A stretch of 64,000 nt of DNA, taken from contig JAQGDQ010000177.1 of assembly GCA_030141605.1 (NCBI GenBank), positions 372,001-436,000 on the forward strand, given 5' to 3'. Source of the stretch: Tubiluchus corallicola. Lineage: Eukaryota > Animalia > Priapulida. The notes under the pieces were generated by a model. The model did not search any database. It was not told the DNA's origin and worked only from the letters and a program-made list of their open reading frames with translations. A program made the position numbers and the translations under genes. This document shows positions 40,669 through 52,219 of the stretch, one piece after another; the first letter of the stretch is position 1, and each line of letters begins with the position of its first letter.

Positions 40669-42879
40669 CTGTAAGTAATTTTATTTCAAACATAAAACAT
40701 ATTTGCAGCAAAAAAATTGAATTTATAAAAAATATAAGATTAAATTAATAACATAAATGCTTACAAATGAGAATTTTTATTAAAATACAGCGAACCACCT
40801 GTACGATGTTGATTCCCAAAACTTACGTATATTTGATGCAACCATTTAACCATTTAATTTGGTGTAATCATTCATTCATGGATTCATTCAATCATTTATT
40901 TTTTAATCTGTTTAGCCGTTATTCCATCATTTTCTTCATTCATTCATTCGTTCGTTCATTCATTCATTCATTCATTCATTCATTCATGACCATTTAAAAC
41001 CAGTGACATGCCCAAAGTTCTTCCAACTCATACAAAGATTTGCTATCTTTCTTACCGTTCAAAAAAAATTACATCTACCAGCTGCGATCTTCATTATTTA
41101 CACACACGGCTCTTTCTTCTGGATTAAAGCAGCTATTATTTATGAATCTCAAAGTAAACAACTTGCGCTTACTTTTCGTTACTTGTGACGTCATCCAGGA
41201 AGCCATTCGCACCCCCGCGCCTGGTAGAAGAGCTTCGTTCCTCAACAAGCATATTGGGTTCCTCTAGAAACAAGCGTCAAGCGCATCCGTGTTTACTAAA
41301 TAAATAATAATTATTTAGTTACCTCTCTCATCCTTGCTTTCTAAGTAAATAATGTCATTATTTAGCACCCACTCTTTTTAACTTAATGGGAAAAACATGG
41401 ACTTCTGATGAATAAGAGCCGGGGTTAGATAACAGATGTGAGAAAAAAATTAGCTGCTTTTTTAACATCTTTTCGTGTTTAGAGCGAAAGATCATATGAA
41501 AAGACACCAGATATCTTTATTAGGTCTAAATTAGGTAAATCTTTCTTCATACTATTACTAGTGCTATTACTGTAAGCAAGAAATTCTTGGATTTTCATCT
41601 TATAAATCAGATTTTGATTGTCCAATGTGCATTTCGAAAGAGTGTTGTGCTTTATCTTCAGATGTCTAGAAGCAATTCAGCAATACTCTCACCTTATTTT
41701 ACAAATTCAGTGAAACATCGTAATTAAACTTTAAAAACGAATAAATTTTTCATTTTAATTTGGAAATATACAAATTTTGTTGGCGAAACTTGATTATAAA
41801 GCTTCCCTAAAGTAGTTTCACAGTTTTATAGCTACATGAAATTGTTTTCCATCCGACACACAAATGACGTAACGTACACTCACAGGCCACAACCAGGCCA
41901 GAACATGGGCGTGAGAGCCAGGGGGGCTAGCATGAGCCTACGATTTGGGAGGGAGGGGCAGTAGAGGCAAAGGAAGACCTCTGGTAAAGATAATTTGTAT
42001 TGTAAAGAGAGTCTAGCATGATCCGTTTGCTTAATTGTTCAGCCCACAGTGCTTCAAGAACATTTGAATGGTTTAGTCATTTTGAATTTCGACAAGGTAA
42101 AGTTGCTTAATTGATTTTTCTGATATGATCGTCTGAAGAATTTTCTCAAAAACGCACGCGAAGCAGTTCTTGACGTGAAGCGGTGATGACTACTTCTGAC
42201 TTGAAATTCCCGAATAGCCCAAACAGAGAATAAATGTGAGTGTTCTATTGTCTTTACTGTATCAGTGCTTCAACTTGCCGCATTTACTTTATTTTTATCA
42301 GTTTTTATCAAACTCTGTAAACTCTATTGTATTTTACGTATTGTAAGATTGCTTGCCCCCAGCCCATTTAAATTTTCATGTAAATCTGTTTATAAAGTAC
42401 AAGTTTATGTGTTAAAACAGATTTAAAATTGGGCCTAAATTTCCCATCTGCCTTTGGCCCATGTCCAATTTGGCACAACCCTTGATCAAAAATGCAGCTG
42501 ATTATTCACGTAGGGTTTTTGCAGTGTAACAGCTGCCTTTCACTGGCTAATATATTTTCTTTAATTACCTCCGCCAGGAGTTGGCAAGGAGGTCATAACT
42601 CACCCGTGTCAATTAGCGTTTTGCAGCAGAAATCTTTAGCGTCCATCCATTTCTTTCACACTTCACTTTTGGTCTTGGACGTGAGCCTTGGAGAGTTCAA
42701 GAGTTTATCTACAACCATACCCAGTCAAATTTGCACAAACCAAGCAGCAGAATCTATGGTATTAGGTCCGACTTTGTTTTTTAAGTGTTGAACTTTAGAT
42801 AAGTCTTCTGCATTTCTTGGTTGTCAAACTTCTGCAACAGAATTAAGAACAGAAGTTTGAAATCCCAGTTTACAAGCGT

Positions 42880-43400
42880 ATAAAGACTTCTACACAATCC
42901 TGTTTTTATATAAATACATCAACAATATTAACACGCCCTTCTTCAAAAATACGCTTCCAGTGCTCTTGGAGCCAACATTAAATCCCAGAACACACAATAT
43001 TAAAGAAACACGCATTAATAACAAATACGGCAAAAATTCTTTCACTAAACAAGTAGTTCAAAACTGGAACGCCTTGCCATCAAATTTAAAACAAATCAAG
43101 TCTTTCTACGAGTTCAAATCAGAATTAAAAATACGTACATTAAATCGCTTGAAAACCCTACATAAGTTAAGGATAAAATATATATTCATCTGCAAATTTT
43201 ATTTACCCACGTCCATTTTAAATTGTATGTATATATTGTATATAGTCTATATCAAAATTTACGTGTAACATTGTAATATATATTTTGTTTAGAATTTTTG
43301 GCACAGTAGGTTTTAGTTTGCGCACTGGACACATTTGCCTCTAACAGTTGTGTGAATTTATACGCTTTTGTGCTTATGAATATCGATTTTTTTATTGGTA
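42880..43400 (+). mobile_element. L2/CR1-group LINE 3' end fragment
   Basis: ORF 42960-43268 RTHNIKETRINNKYGKNSFTKQVVQNWNALPSNLKQIKSFYEFKSELK matches the SF.....WN.LP..LK...S...FK..LK pattern. Confidence 0.7.
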
Positions 43401-43413
43401 ATATATAATATAT

Positions 43414-43620
43414 CTACCAGGCGGATTGGTGAGAAAGGTGACTTTTCTCTCACCTTTCTCACCAGGGTTGTCAGCTGGTGAACCATTTCTTCTTGGTTCA
43501 CCATGCGTTTCTTGAGCATAAGAGGTCTTTTACGCCAGTGGGTTGCTAGCCCTATTCTAGCCCTACCCTCCCCATTTATCCAGGCTTGGGACCGGCACTG
43601 AGTTCAGCTGGATTGTGGAT
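43414..43620 (-). mobile_element. ~200-nt RTE-5'UTR-derived mini-element with two perfect hairpins, set in a TA-rich site
   Basis: Twister-like head, then GGCTAGCAACCC...GGCGTAAAA (RTE 5'-UTR-like), then a 10-bp stem 43476-43485/43494-43503 and a 15-bp stem 43427-43441/43450-43464; flanked by ATATAT tracts on both sides. Confidence 0.6.
43561..43620 (-). ncRNA. Twister ribozyme (type P1), possibly degenerate
   Basis: Minus strand AUCCA-CAA-UCCA-GCUGAACUCAGUG-CCGG-UCCCAAGC-CUGG-AUAAA-UGGG-GAGGG-UAGGG reproduces the conserved twister core GCCGGUCCCAAGCC(C/U)GGAUAAA..GAGGG, with P2 (UCCA/UGGG), P4 (CCGG/CUGG) and T1 (CCC/GGG) pairable; P1 is weak. Confidence 0.75.
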
Positions 43621-44629
43621 ATATATATATTGGATCCAATTCAATGCAATCTTCGATTGTGGCACCCCTTCATCAAGTTTGTCACAACATATTTCGGGTG
43701 CCGTACGTACTATAAAAGCACTCTCAGCATTAAATAACTACTGAGCTTATTTAAAAAGCATCTTCTTGTCATTGGAATGATATAAAACGTAGAAGCCACA
43801 TAAAACGCAGATAAAAGTGGTGAGAGAACCGAACTTTGAGGCAGGCCAATATGACAGTCACGTAGTTTAGCTTTATTAATGTACAGCTTTGCTTAACTTT
43901 TATATTTGCTACTACATGTCTTAGAAAATTGTTGGCTGATTAGATTTTGTGGTGGAATGAGCTATATGTCAGAAAAGAGTTGAATGGATTTTAGTGATGA
44001 TCGAATGATTTAATGTTTTCATTGCTTTTTCGGTTGAAATGTCATAGTTGATTTATAGTTGACCTTTAAGTAGCTGACTTTTGCTTATAGTTAACTGGGG
44101 GCAAGTGATAAAATTTAGCAGTAGTTTAATCAACTTTTGTTTACACATATAGACAAACCTATCAATGCAAATTTCAAGTGGATATGTGCTAATTCCTATA
44201 GATGAATCTATTTCTAAATGAAGCCAAGACAATATTTGCCTACGTAATTCTCACAGTACGTGAAGCTAGGAAAACGGAAATCCTCTGCTGGCCAACCTGT
44301 GATGTCTTTAATTAAAAGATGTACTTTATTAGGAGATGATTAAGTTGTTGACGTATGTGTTCAATGTACGCGCTCTCACCCTAGACTGTGGCGCAATAGC
44401 GATATTCCAGAGCGCTTCCACGTCATACCGTGTCACTGTGTTAGTAGCGATATTCTTCTATAATGTAACACATTATTAAGCAAAGACACTCATTTGATAC
44501 TACTCATAAGTTTATTCACATAAATTATCTACGCATTTGATTGTTAGATGCATGATGTAATAGAGCTCGATATCATCACTGTCGGTGTCGCTGTCTTCGT
44601 CGTTGTCGTTGTAATCATTTTGTCTAGAC

Positions 44630-44984
44630 AAAATCTAAAATGTTGTTGACAAATTATAGCTACATTGCTCAGTTTTTTTTTATTAGTTAAGATATCTAAT
44701 GTCAAAATGCCAAGTAAATTTTTTATTTTTGTAATTACGATACGTTGACCGCTATGCTTCCTTCGTAAAAACGTGCAACATGTTCGTGGAATATTTTTGC
44801 TGTTGAAAATAATGTTAGTTTGTGATGTCATCAATAGTTGGGCTCGCCCGCCGTTAATTAAGTTTTTAATCTATTATATTATTATCAGAAACCCTTTTGC
44901 AGTATTTGCTGTGTTAAAATGTAGACTTTTTATCCGACTTGAAAATGAGGTAGTATATGAAAAATCATCCTGTCCTTCTTTTAA
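44630..44984 (-). mobile_element. Family C MITE left part, inverted copy
   Basis: Reverse complement of 21550-21860 (e.g. ATATTTTTGCTGTTGAAAAT.ATGTTAGTTT.TGATGTCATCAA.AGTTGGGCTC.CCCGCCGTTAATTAAGTTTT). Confidence 0.8.
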
Positions 44985-45480
44985 AGGGGAAAAAACTGAA
45001 TTTTAAAGTACATCCCCAAAATAACTTTCGATACGAAGTCATATCACTCATCATTATGTGTTTGAAAGACCTATGTAACTGGAAAAGAATATTTTAATGA
45101 CTTGAAATGTTCGCGTTAACTGGTAGAACGTCATTGGTTCACTGTCCCAGGCGAACCGGAAAACGTCACTGGTTCACCAATGTTGTTAATCTCACTGGCA
45201 AGACAAAATTTTTTATACATTTGCTTAGTTAAAGAAGTGTGCGTTACGAATGCTGTGATTATTTTTCCAACTTTAGACAAAGTTATTAAGAACTTTCTTT
45301 AACTTTTTATTCAACGATTGACCGTTAAAAATGAGATACAGGGAGTTGAAATTCATACAGAGTTGCTGATAGAAGCCGTGTGCTGTAAGATAGTGTGAAG
45401 GTGATACAAAAATTTCAAGATGGATTTTTTTGTTTTATATAAGTAATATATTTTCTTGTCCTTTAGCATACGATTGTAAC
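44981..45480 (+). mobile_element. Family A DNA transposon, copy 3
   Basis: TTAA-AGGGGAA start as at 3738, with internal homology. Confidence 0.6.
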
Positions 45481-45493
45481 ATAACATACCATC

Positions 45494-45862
<369 letters not shown>

Positions 45863-45897
45863 TCCATATGAGTCCACATAAAATATAATCATAACAT

Positions 45898-46284
45898 CAG
45901 GGAGGATTATTCTATAGGCTACTATAGGCTGTAGGTTAGGGCCCGGCCAGCTTAGAGGGCCCTCGAGCTTTGGTAAGGTTTGGTAAAAAATTTGCTTTTC
46001 ACTCCGTCTGTGTTGAAATATGTACTAATTTGATTAGCATTACCTAAATAGTAAAATTGTGGCATTTCTTAAATAATATTTTTATTGACAAACGAAGATA
46101 GCTATTGTAGTTTATTTAAAGAATTTGCAATCAGTTTACTTCAAGCTATGGATATGTCGCTAAAATGTATCACGAGCAAATAATATTCAAGACAAGTATG
46201 GGTGAGTTAGAGGGTGGCTCCGTCTCAGAGGGCGCATAATTTTATTAGCCTAACGGGCCCCTAAAGGGTCATGGTCCGGCCCTG
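45898..46284 (+). mobile_element. hAT-superfamily MITE (387 bp) with 8-bp TSD
   Basis: CAGGG...CCCTG termini flanked by a perfect CATAACAT at 45890-45897 and 46285-46292. Confidence 0.85.
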
Positions 46285-47162
46285 CATAACATACATAACA
46301 TTCAGTTGTGTGAACTGAATGGCGTATTGGTATAATGACATTATTACATTGATAAAACAACTGATTTAATTACGCTGCACGTCGGAATGAATCAAATGTC
46401 GTCAAATACGAAATTCACTGCAAATTTGAGCATATTTATGCTGAATTATAGATGTGGCGCCCTCAGACAAATTAGGTTGACAAGGTGACTTACGAAATAA
46501 ACAATATTAGCGTGTTGTAAAAACAACTAAAATTTTCACTTTCTCTTCGCCAAAATTGAGGTTAACTCTTTTATTGTTATTATTACAGATTAGACGGTAG
46601 GCTAATCATACCGGGTGAGTCGAAAGTAACGACTCGGCGGGCCTGGTGCTTTTGCGAAGCATCGGATAAGTTCACAGACACAAACGAATAAACTAATAGG
46701 CAAGTTTTCTGAGTTCGTTTGGTTGTCATGTACCGAATTTAAATGAAAATAATCGGAACAAAAATTTAAAATTGAAATTTATCGTAGCGGCACTAAATTT
46801 TAAGATCCTGCTGTTAATTTTTAGTAAAATAGGGATTAAATTTCTGTAGTTCTTGAGATTACTGATTGTAACTCTTATGGATTTAAAAATTGAATTGGAA
46901 CCTAATAATTTGGTATATCAATTTATTTGCATTTTTATGTTACTTCACGGGAAACTTGCTGCATTAATAACCTTAATTTTAGCACGCACTTCAATACTTC
47001 TTGTTTAATATCACTGTAAGAAATGTTATACGCACAAATTAGAAAAGCTAATTACATAATCCGTAAACGCAATATTGTAGAATTCACTCTGTATAGTGTC
47101 TATGTAAAATTGTATAATGTTAGTATAGATATTTTTGCCTGCAAAAAGAGGCTAATAAAGAC

Positions 47163-47263
<101 letters not shown>

Positions 47264-47384
47264 TTGTCGTTGTTACAGTCACAGATGCAACTACGATTAT
47301 AATTAAGACTGAGCTTGTGTGACAGCAGCTATATAGATTTAAGTGCTGCTCGTGTGCAGAGAGCGATTCCTAGACTCGAGCACC

Positions 47385-47594
47385 TAAACCAGCTGAACGA
47401 CCTCCAGGCAAACCAAAAACAACTTGGACATCAAGAATTAATAAGGATTTACAACAGCTGAGGCCCAACTTAACAATAGTATTGCAGGAATTAAACATTA
47501 TAGCTGCAGACAGAGACAGGAAACAGTGGAGTGCTCTAATACAAGATAAAGGCTCTATGTCTACCATACATGTTTAGAGCTGAAGAAGAAGAAG
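47385..47594 (+). mobile_element. RTE-clade LINE 3' end (family R2), copy 3, with (GAA)n tail
   Basis: Encodes RPPGKPKTTWTSRINKDLQQL...IAADRDRKQW and ends GAAGAAGAAGAAG. Confidence 0.8.
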
Positions 47595-48188
47595 TTGCAT
47601 GATAAACAATGGGCGCCATATTGTACAACACAAAAACTGCATTCGACTATATGACAAAAACAGACCTTGAGTGCAAAAACAGACTTTTGAAGTTTTGTTC
47701 TATAGATGTACACTAGCAACCATTTCGTGCGCATGCGTGGGAATTACATCTATGAGCAATTTTACATACGTAACCAACATTTCTGTAGTAATTTTTTAAA
47801 ACGAGTGCTTTAATTGTAATTTGGAGTGGAAGTGTGGAAGTCCAACTCTAAAGTGGAAAACCAGCTAATAAGAAATTTAACACAAAAGATTTTGAAAGTG
47901 TATATCTATTCTATATATATATTATAGAATATACATAGTTATATATATAGTTATTATATAGTTATTATATAAGTATATATATTAGTATATATATATTAAT
48001 GCAAAATTCATCTTTCCCGATTGACGTACCAATGTTCCAAGCCCATTGAAAAGAGGGAGAGGAAATTTTTCATTAGCATCTAAGAGTACGTTTCTTATTG
48101 GACATTTTATAAAAATCATATACCAACAAGTTGGATAAAATTCACAGTCGTTAAAACTCAAATTAGTCTTTAGAGGATTTTTTGTAGA

Positions 48189-48431
48189 AAACTCGTCGTT
48201 AATCAACCAGTTAACAAAAAATAAATTCAAAAGTAGTTGATCTGGAGACAGCAGAAACAGAGGACGAAAACAGTTGGACCTATGGTTTAGAAGAATAATA
48301 TAATTTTGAGTTGAACTTATATTATTCTTCTAAACCATAGGTCCAACTATTTTTGTCCTCTGTTTCTGCTGTCTCCAGATCAACTACTTTTGGATTGATT
48401 TTTTGTTAACTGGTTGATTAACGACGAGTTT
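48189..48431. repeat. Long inverted repeat: 115-bp arms, 13-bp loop
   Basis: 48189-48303 is the reverse complement of 48317-48431 with about 4-5 mismatches. Confidence 0.95.
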
Positions 48432-49639
48432 ATGAGTTGAACTTTAAAACTTCAAATTTTCTAGGTATTTACAATCATGGTTTCCATGATTCTTGTAATA
48501 ATCAATTTAGAAAAGTAATAATACATTCTTTAATTTCCATGATATTCCTAAATCGTTTTTTATACCATTCTGCGTAGTGCAAGCTGAAGAGCACTCAGCT
48601 GCAGGACTACTCAAAAAGATGATTGAGACTATGAGCAAAGCTTGGCCTTTTAACATAAATGACATACATAAGTCAACATATTATTATATGTCTTTACTCG
48701 TGTTATTGCTACACACGAACGTAGATTTGTAAAAAATTCGCACTAACAGTGACCTATCCACGAGCTTGAAGTTTTAATTGTGAACTAGATTTTTTCGAAA
48801 GGGTAGGCTGCAGCACATAGCTGTGCCTGCAAAAACTCAAAGCTTGAAGCAATAGTAGTAGTGCTAGTGGTGATAGCAGCAGCACCACCAGCAGCAGCAG
48901 CACCACCACCAGCAGCAGCAGCAGCAGCAGCAATAGTAGCAGATTTATTATCCATAATAAATTGCATGCTTTTCTACAACAGGTTAATTTTTACAATTAA
49001 TAAAAATTTACGAAGCATTTTTGATTATAATGACGTGTATCGCGTCAGATTAAATATTTCAATGACCATAGAAATTATCTTTGCTCGTCAATTATACAAA
49101 ATATACAAAAGCTCGTCAATTTTAAACGTATACTCGTGTATGTAGTAGACATTTCGCAAATTTGTATATTCTATGAAAACTGTGTATTAGATCAGGGAGA
49201 CCGCAATTTCCAATTTTACATAATTTCCGTCTGAGTTCAGTTCTTTTACACCTCTGAACGAAATGCTCCTCATCCTCTAAAAATTTATTCGGTTGGCAGA
49301 ATTCACAGGAATTGGCAGGAATTCGTTCCTCTTTAGGTTTTCGTTGCCTTCGGCCCTTTTCAATTGCCAGATCATGATCACGTCATCGTACAACATTTCA
49401 ATAGGCTGCGGTAAACAATTTTTTATCATCACAAAATCCACAAGTTAAATATGGGTTTGTGCTCAAATAATACTGGTGACCGTCTTTGTGTTACTGCTAC
49501 ACGTATCTGCTTTCTTAGGTCGACCTTGTCCTTTTTCTATTTTCACTAGAATTATACTTGTCAACCAAAGACTTTAAATACCAAAGTATCACATTTGTGT
49601 ACCTTAACTTTTTAAAATTTGTACAAAACTCAAAATTTA

Positions 49640-49652
49640 CCTTTTATTTCAG
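49640..49652 (+). promoter_or_regulatory. 3' splice acceptor of the GPCR coding exon
   Basis: CCTTTTATTTCAG ending at 49652, 36 nt before the ATG. Confidence 0.65.
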
Positions 49653-49688
49653 TTGATTGATCCATGACTTGGAGAAGACGGACCAGTT

Positions 49689-51335
49689 ATGGGGTCCCAC
49701 GTCATCCACGGGAACGGATTCGAGAACATTACTGATATCGCAAACTACACTGCGGAGTGGTTTTACGATGACGTCATCAGCAGCGGGTATTTTAATGACA
49801 CGTTGAAGGCCAACAATACCCAAGATGACAATGTCTTGGATGACGTCATCAATTATTGTGTTTCAGTGGTGGCGTTCTTTACCATTGTTTCAACTGTGTG
49901 TGGTAACATTCTGGTGGTGGCCGCCGTCCTTTCGGAGAACCGTCTCCGAAAAATTGGCAATTCTTTTATCGTTAGTTTGGCAGTTGCAGACTTGCTAGTA
50001 GGATTGGTGGTGACGCCTATATCATTGGCGTACCAGTTAAATGGAAGTGTGTGGAAATGGGGGAAGATCATGTGTGACTTCTGGGTGTCGATGGACGTTG
50101 TCTGTTGCACAGCCAGTATTCTAAATCTCTGTGTCATCAGCGTGGACCGATACTACGCCATTACTCAGCCTCTACAATACGTGTACAAACGGACGCCTGG
50201 GCGCGCTGCAATTATGATAACATTTGTGTGGACGTTTTCATTCGTGATCGCTTTACCACCATTGCTAGGGTGGCGCGAGCATCGGCCCGAAGTCATCACT
50301 CTTTGTATTATTAGTCAAGACAAAGGCTACACGGTATTTTCTACTGTGGGTGCATTTTACTTGCCTTTAATAGTCATGATTACAGTGTACGTACGAATAT
50401 ATTTAGCTACGTTACAAAGAAAGAAACATTGGATTCCTGGACCTGGCTCTAGTCACGTGACCTGCCATGATTCCACCTACTACACAGAAAGCTCTCCTTC
50501 GCGCACATCGCCGTATAATTCCGTCGTGGATGTTGAGTTAAGAAACTCTAAGGACACATTCGCGAAGCCGGGCGGGTCATTCCGGCTTGCTGCTGGGGTG
50601 CGACGCTTTTCCTACCGGTGGAGTAGCCGGAGGTTGTCCCGTTCAAAACTAGCAAAAATGCCACTAGGGCGACAGCACTCTTCCGAAACGACTTTGCAAA
50701 GTCCGGAAGCAAAGCGCCAAATAAGTCCAACATTTCAAGTGTCAAGTCCAGTCGCAAAACGGCTTGCATCATATCGGCCACCCAGAGAAAGGCATTCATC
50801 AGATGACGTCTCTCCTCCAATGGGAAGACGTCTTTCATTATCGAGCAGCGTCACGGAACCAATCAGCGCTAATGCGACTCCCCGAACAGAGGAACAAAGC
50901 ACCGAAGACTTCTACGTTGCCAGCGCCCCCACTGATCCGTGCATCAGGAATCTTTCTGTGCGAGAAAATGGAAACCATATCATCTACGATGACGACGTTG
51001 CGCCAGATTTACCTCAACCAAAAGTCAAGAAGAAGAAGCGAATATCAGTAAACCAGGAAAAGCGGGCAGCGAAGACTCTGGGGATCATAATGGGGTGCTT
51101 TGTTTTGTGCTGGCTACCCTTTTTCTTGGTCGCCATCATACAACCTCTTTGTTCCCATTGTCACGTGCCTGAGTTGTTGTTTCTAGTGCTGACGTGGCTG
51201 GGGTACGTGAATTCTGCTTTGAACCCCGTGATTTACACTTTCTTTAACCGGGACTTCCGGCGGGCGTTTGGGCGCATGGTGTGCTGCTGTTTGAACAAGA
51301 AGGCGCGTCATCGTAATTCGGACGTGCGAATGTAA
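49689..51335 (+). CDS. Biogenic amine GPCR (rhodopsin class A), most like 5-HT1-type serotonin receptors; single coding exon, 548 aa
   Basis: Seven TM segments with GN (TM1), SLAVADL (TM2), amine-binding Asp in MDVVCCTASILNL, DRY, CIISQDKGYTVFSTVGAFYLP (TM5), CWLPFF, WLGYVNSALNPVIY; four N-terminal N-glycosylation sequons; long ICL3 and short C-tail with CCC. Confidence 0.95.
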   Translation: MGSHVIHGNGFENITDIANYTAEWFYDDVISSGYFNDTLKANNTQDDNVLDDVINYCVSVVAFFTIVSTVCGNILVVAAVLSENRLRKIGNSFIVSLAVADLLVGLVVTPISLAYQLNGSVWKWGKIMCDFWVSMDVVCCTASILNLCVISVDRYYAITQPLQYVYKRTPGRAAIMITFVWTFSFVIALPPLLGWREHRPEVITLCIISQDKGYTVFSTVGAFYLPLIVMITVYVRIYLATLQRKKHWIPGPGSSHVTCHDSTYYTESSPSRTSPYNSVVDVELRNSKDTFAKPGGSFRLAAGVRRFSYRWSSRRLSRSKLAKMPLGRQHSSETTLQSPEAKRQISPTFQVSSPVAKRLASYRPPRERHSSDDVSPPMGRRLSLSSSVTEPISANATPRTEEQSTEDFYVASAPTDPCIRNLSVRENGNHIIYDDDVAPDLPQPKVKKKKRISVNQEKRAAKTLGIIMGCFVLCWLPFFLVAIIQPLCSHCHVPELLFLVLTWLGYVNSALNPVIYTFFNRDFRRAFGRMVCCCLNKKARHRNSDVRM

Positions 51336-52155
51336 GATCCAGTCAATGTCCAGCCTTAAAAATGACCAGGCCTAATAATAGAACGTGAATCTGTTAACAA
51401 TGAATTCTTATTATTAAGGAGGGTGGCAACTTACTTACATTCGACTAAAAATGGTTACTTGTCTATATCCGCTTGTCAATTAACATTTTGCGCTAGATTT
51501 TTCTACGTCTTGAAGATATACAGCGGGAAGCAGTCCTGGAAAATAAGACAAAGAAAAAACTGAGAAATGTGATCTACATACTGCAAAGTAACTAAAACAG
51601 TCAGTTTTTGAAATTCTCTTTGTTATGCAGCGCCAATTCTAGTTAGTAGATAGATGGGTGTCCGTCGGAAAAACTGATTTTGCCCGATTTCGTTACTCCG
51701 TCTTGGCTTAACTATTTCTGGGGCACATGAAGGGCTAAAAACGGTTATCTTAGAGAATTACCTTCAATTCTGTGACAATCAAACAAGAATAAAGAAAATG
51801 ATAAGTTTTAGTCCGGCCACAACGATTCACTCCCAGCTTCATGCTGTTAAGTTCTATTTTAGTTCTGTATAACATTTTTGTCATTACATACAGCGCATGC
51901 GCGCAAAACAGCTGATTAAGCTACTTTTGTTTACGTATCCAAGGACACGGGTGTTATGCCAAGTTACAGCAAGTCAAAGCATACAAGAAAAAACAAAACT
52001 TATTTTTTTGTATTAAAGATTGCTGAAACTTCTTGTTATATTATATTGAAATATAAGACTTAACGAGCAGCTTATGGGACATACACAATCATGTAATAAA
52101 ATCATACTCGATAAATGTACTTAGGTATCATTTTACATATACTTCTGTAATGTAC

Positions 52156-52219
52156 AATAAAAGTTTTATAATATACAATATTATTTATTATTCAATGTTA
52201 AAAGGTGTTTTGTCTGTTT
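52156..52219 (+). terminator. Candidate polyadenylation signal of the GPCR gene
   Basis: AATAAA at 52156-52161, preceded by TGTA motifs and followed by GT-rich GGTGTTTTGTCTGTTT at 52204-52219. Confidence 0.5.

Noticed and set aside
49767-49851. Two GATGACGTCATC palindromes (CRE-like) in the GPCR N-terminus
   Set aside because: Both simply encode DDVI; a regulatory role cannot be supported from sequence alone.
49853-51051. Alternative-frame and antisense ORFs inside the GPCR
   Set aside because: Expected shadows of a GC-richer coding exon, with no independent signals.
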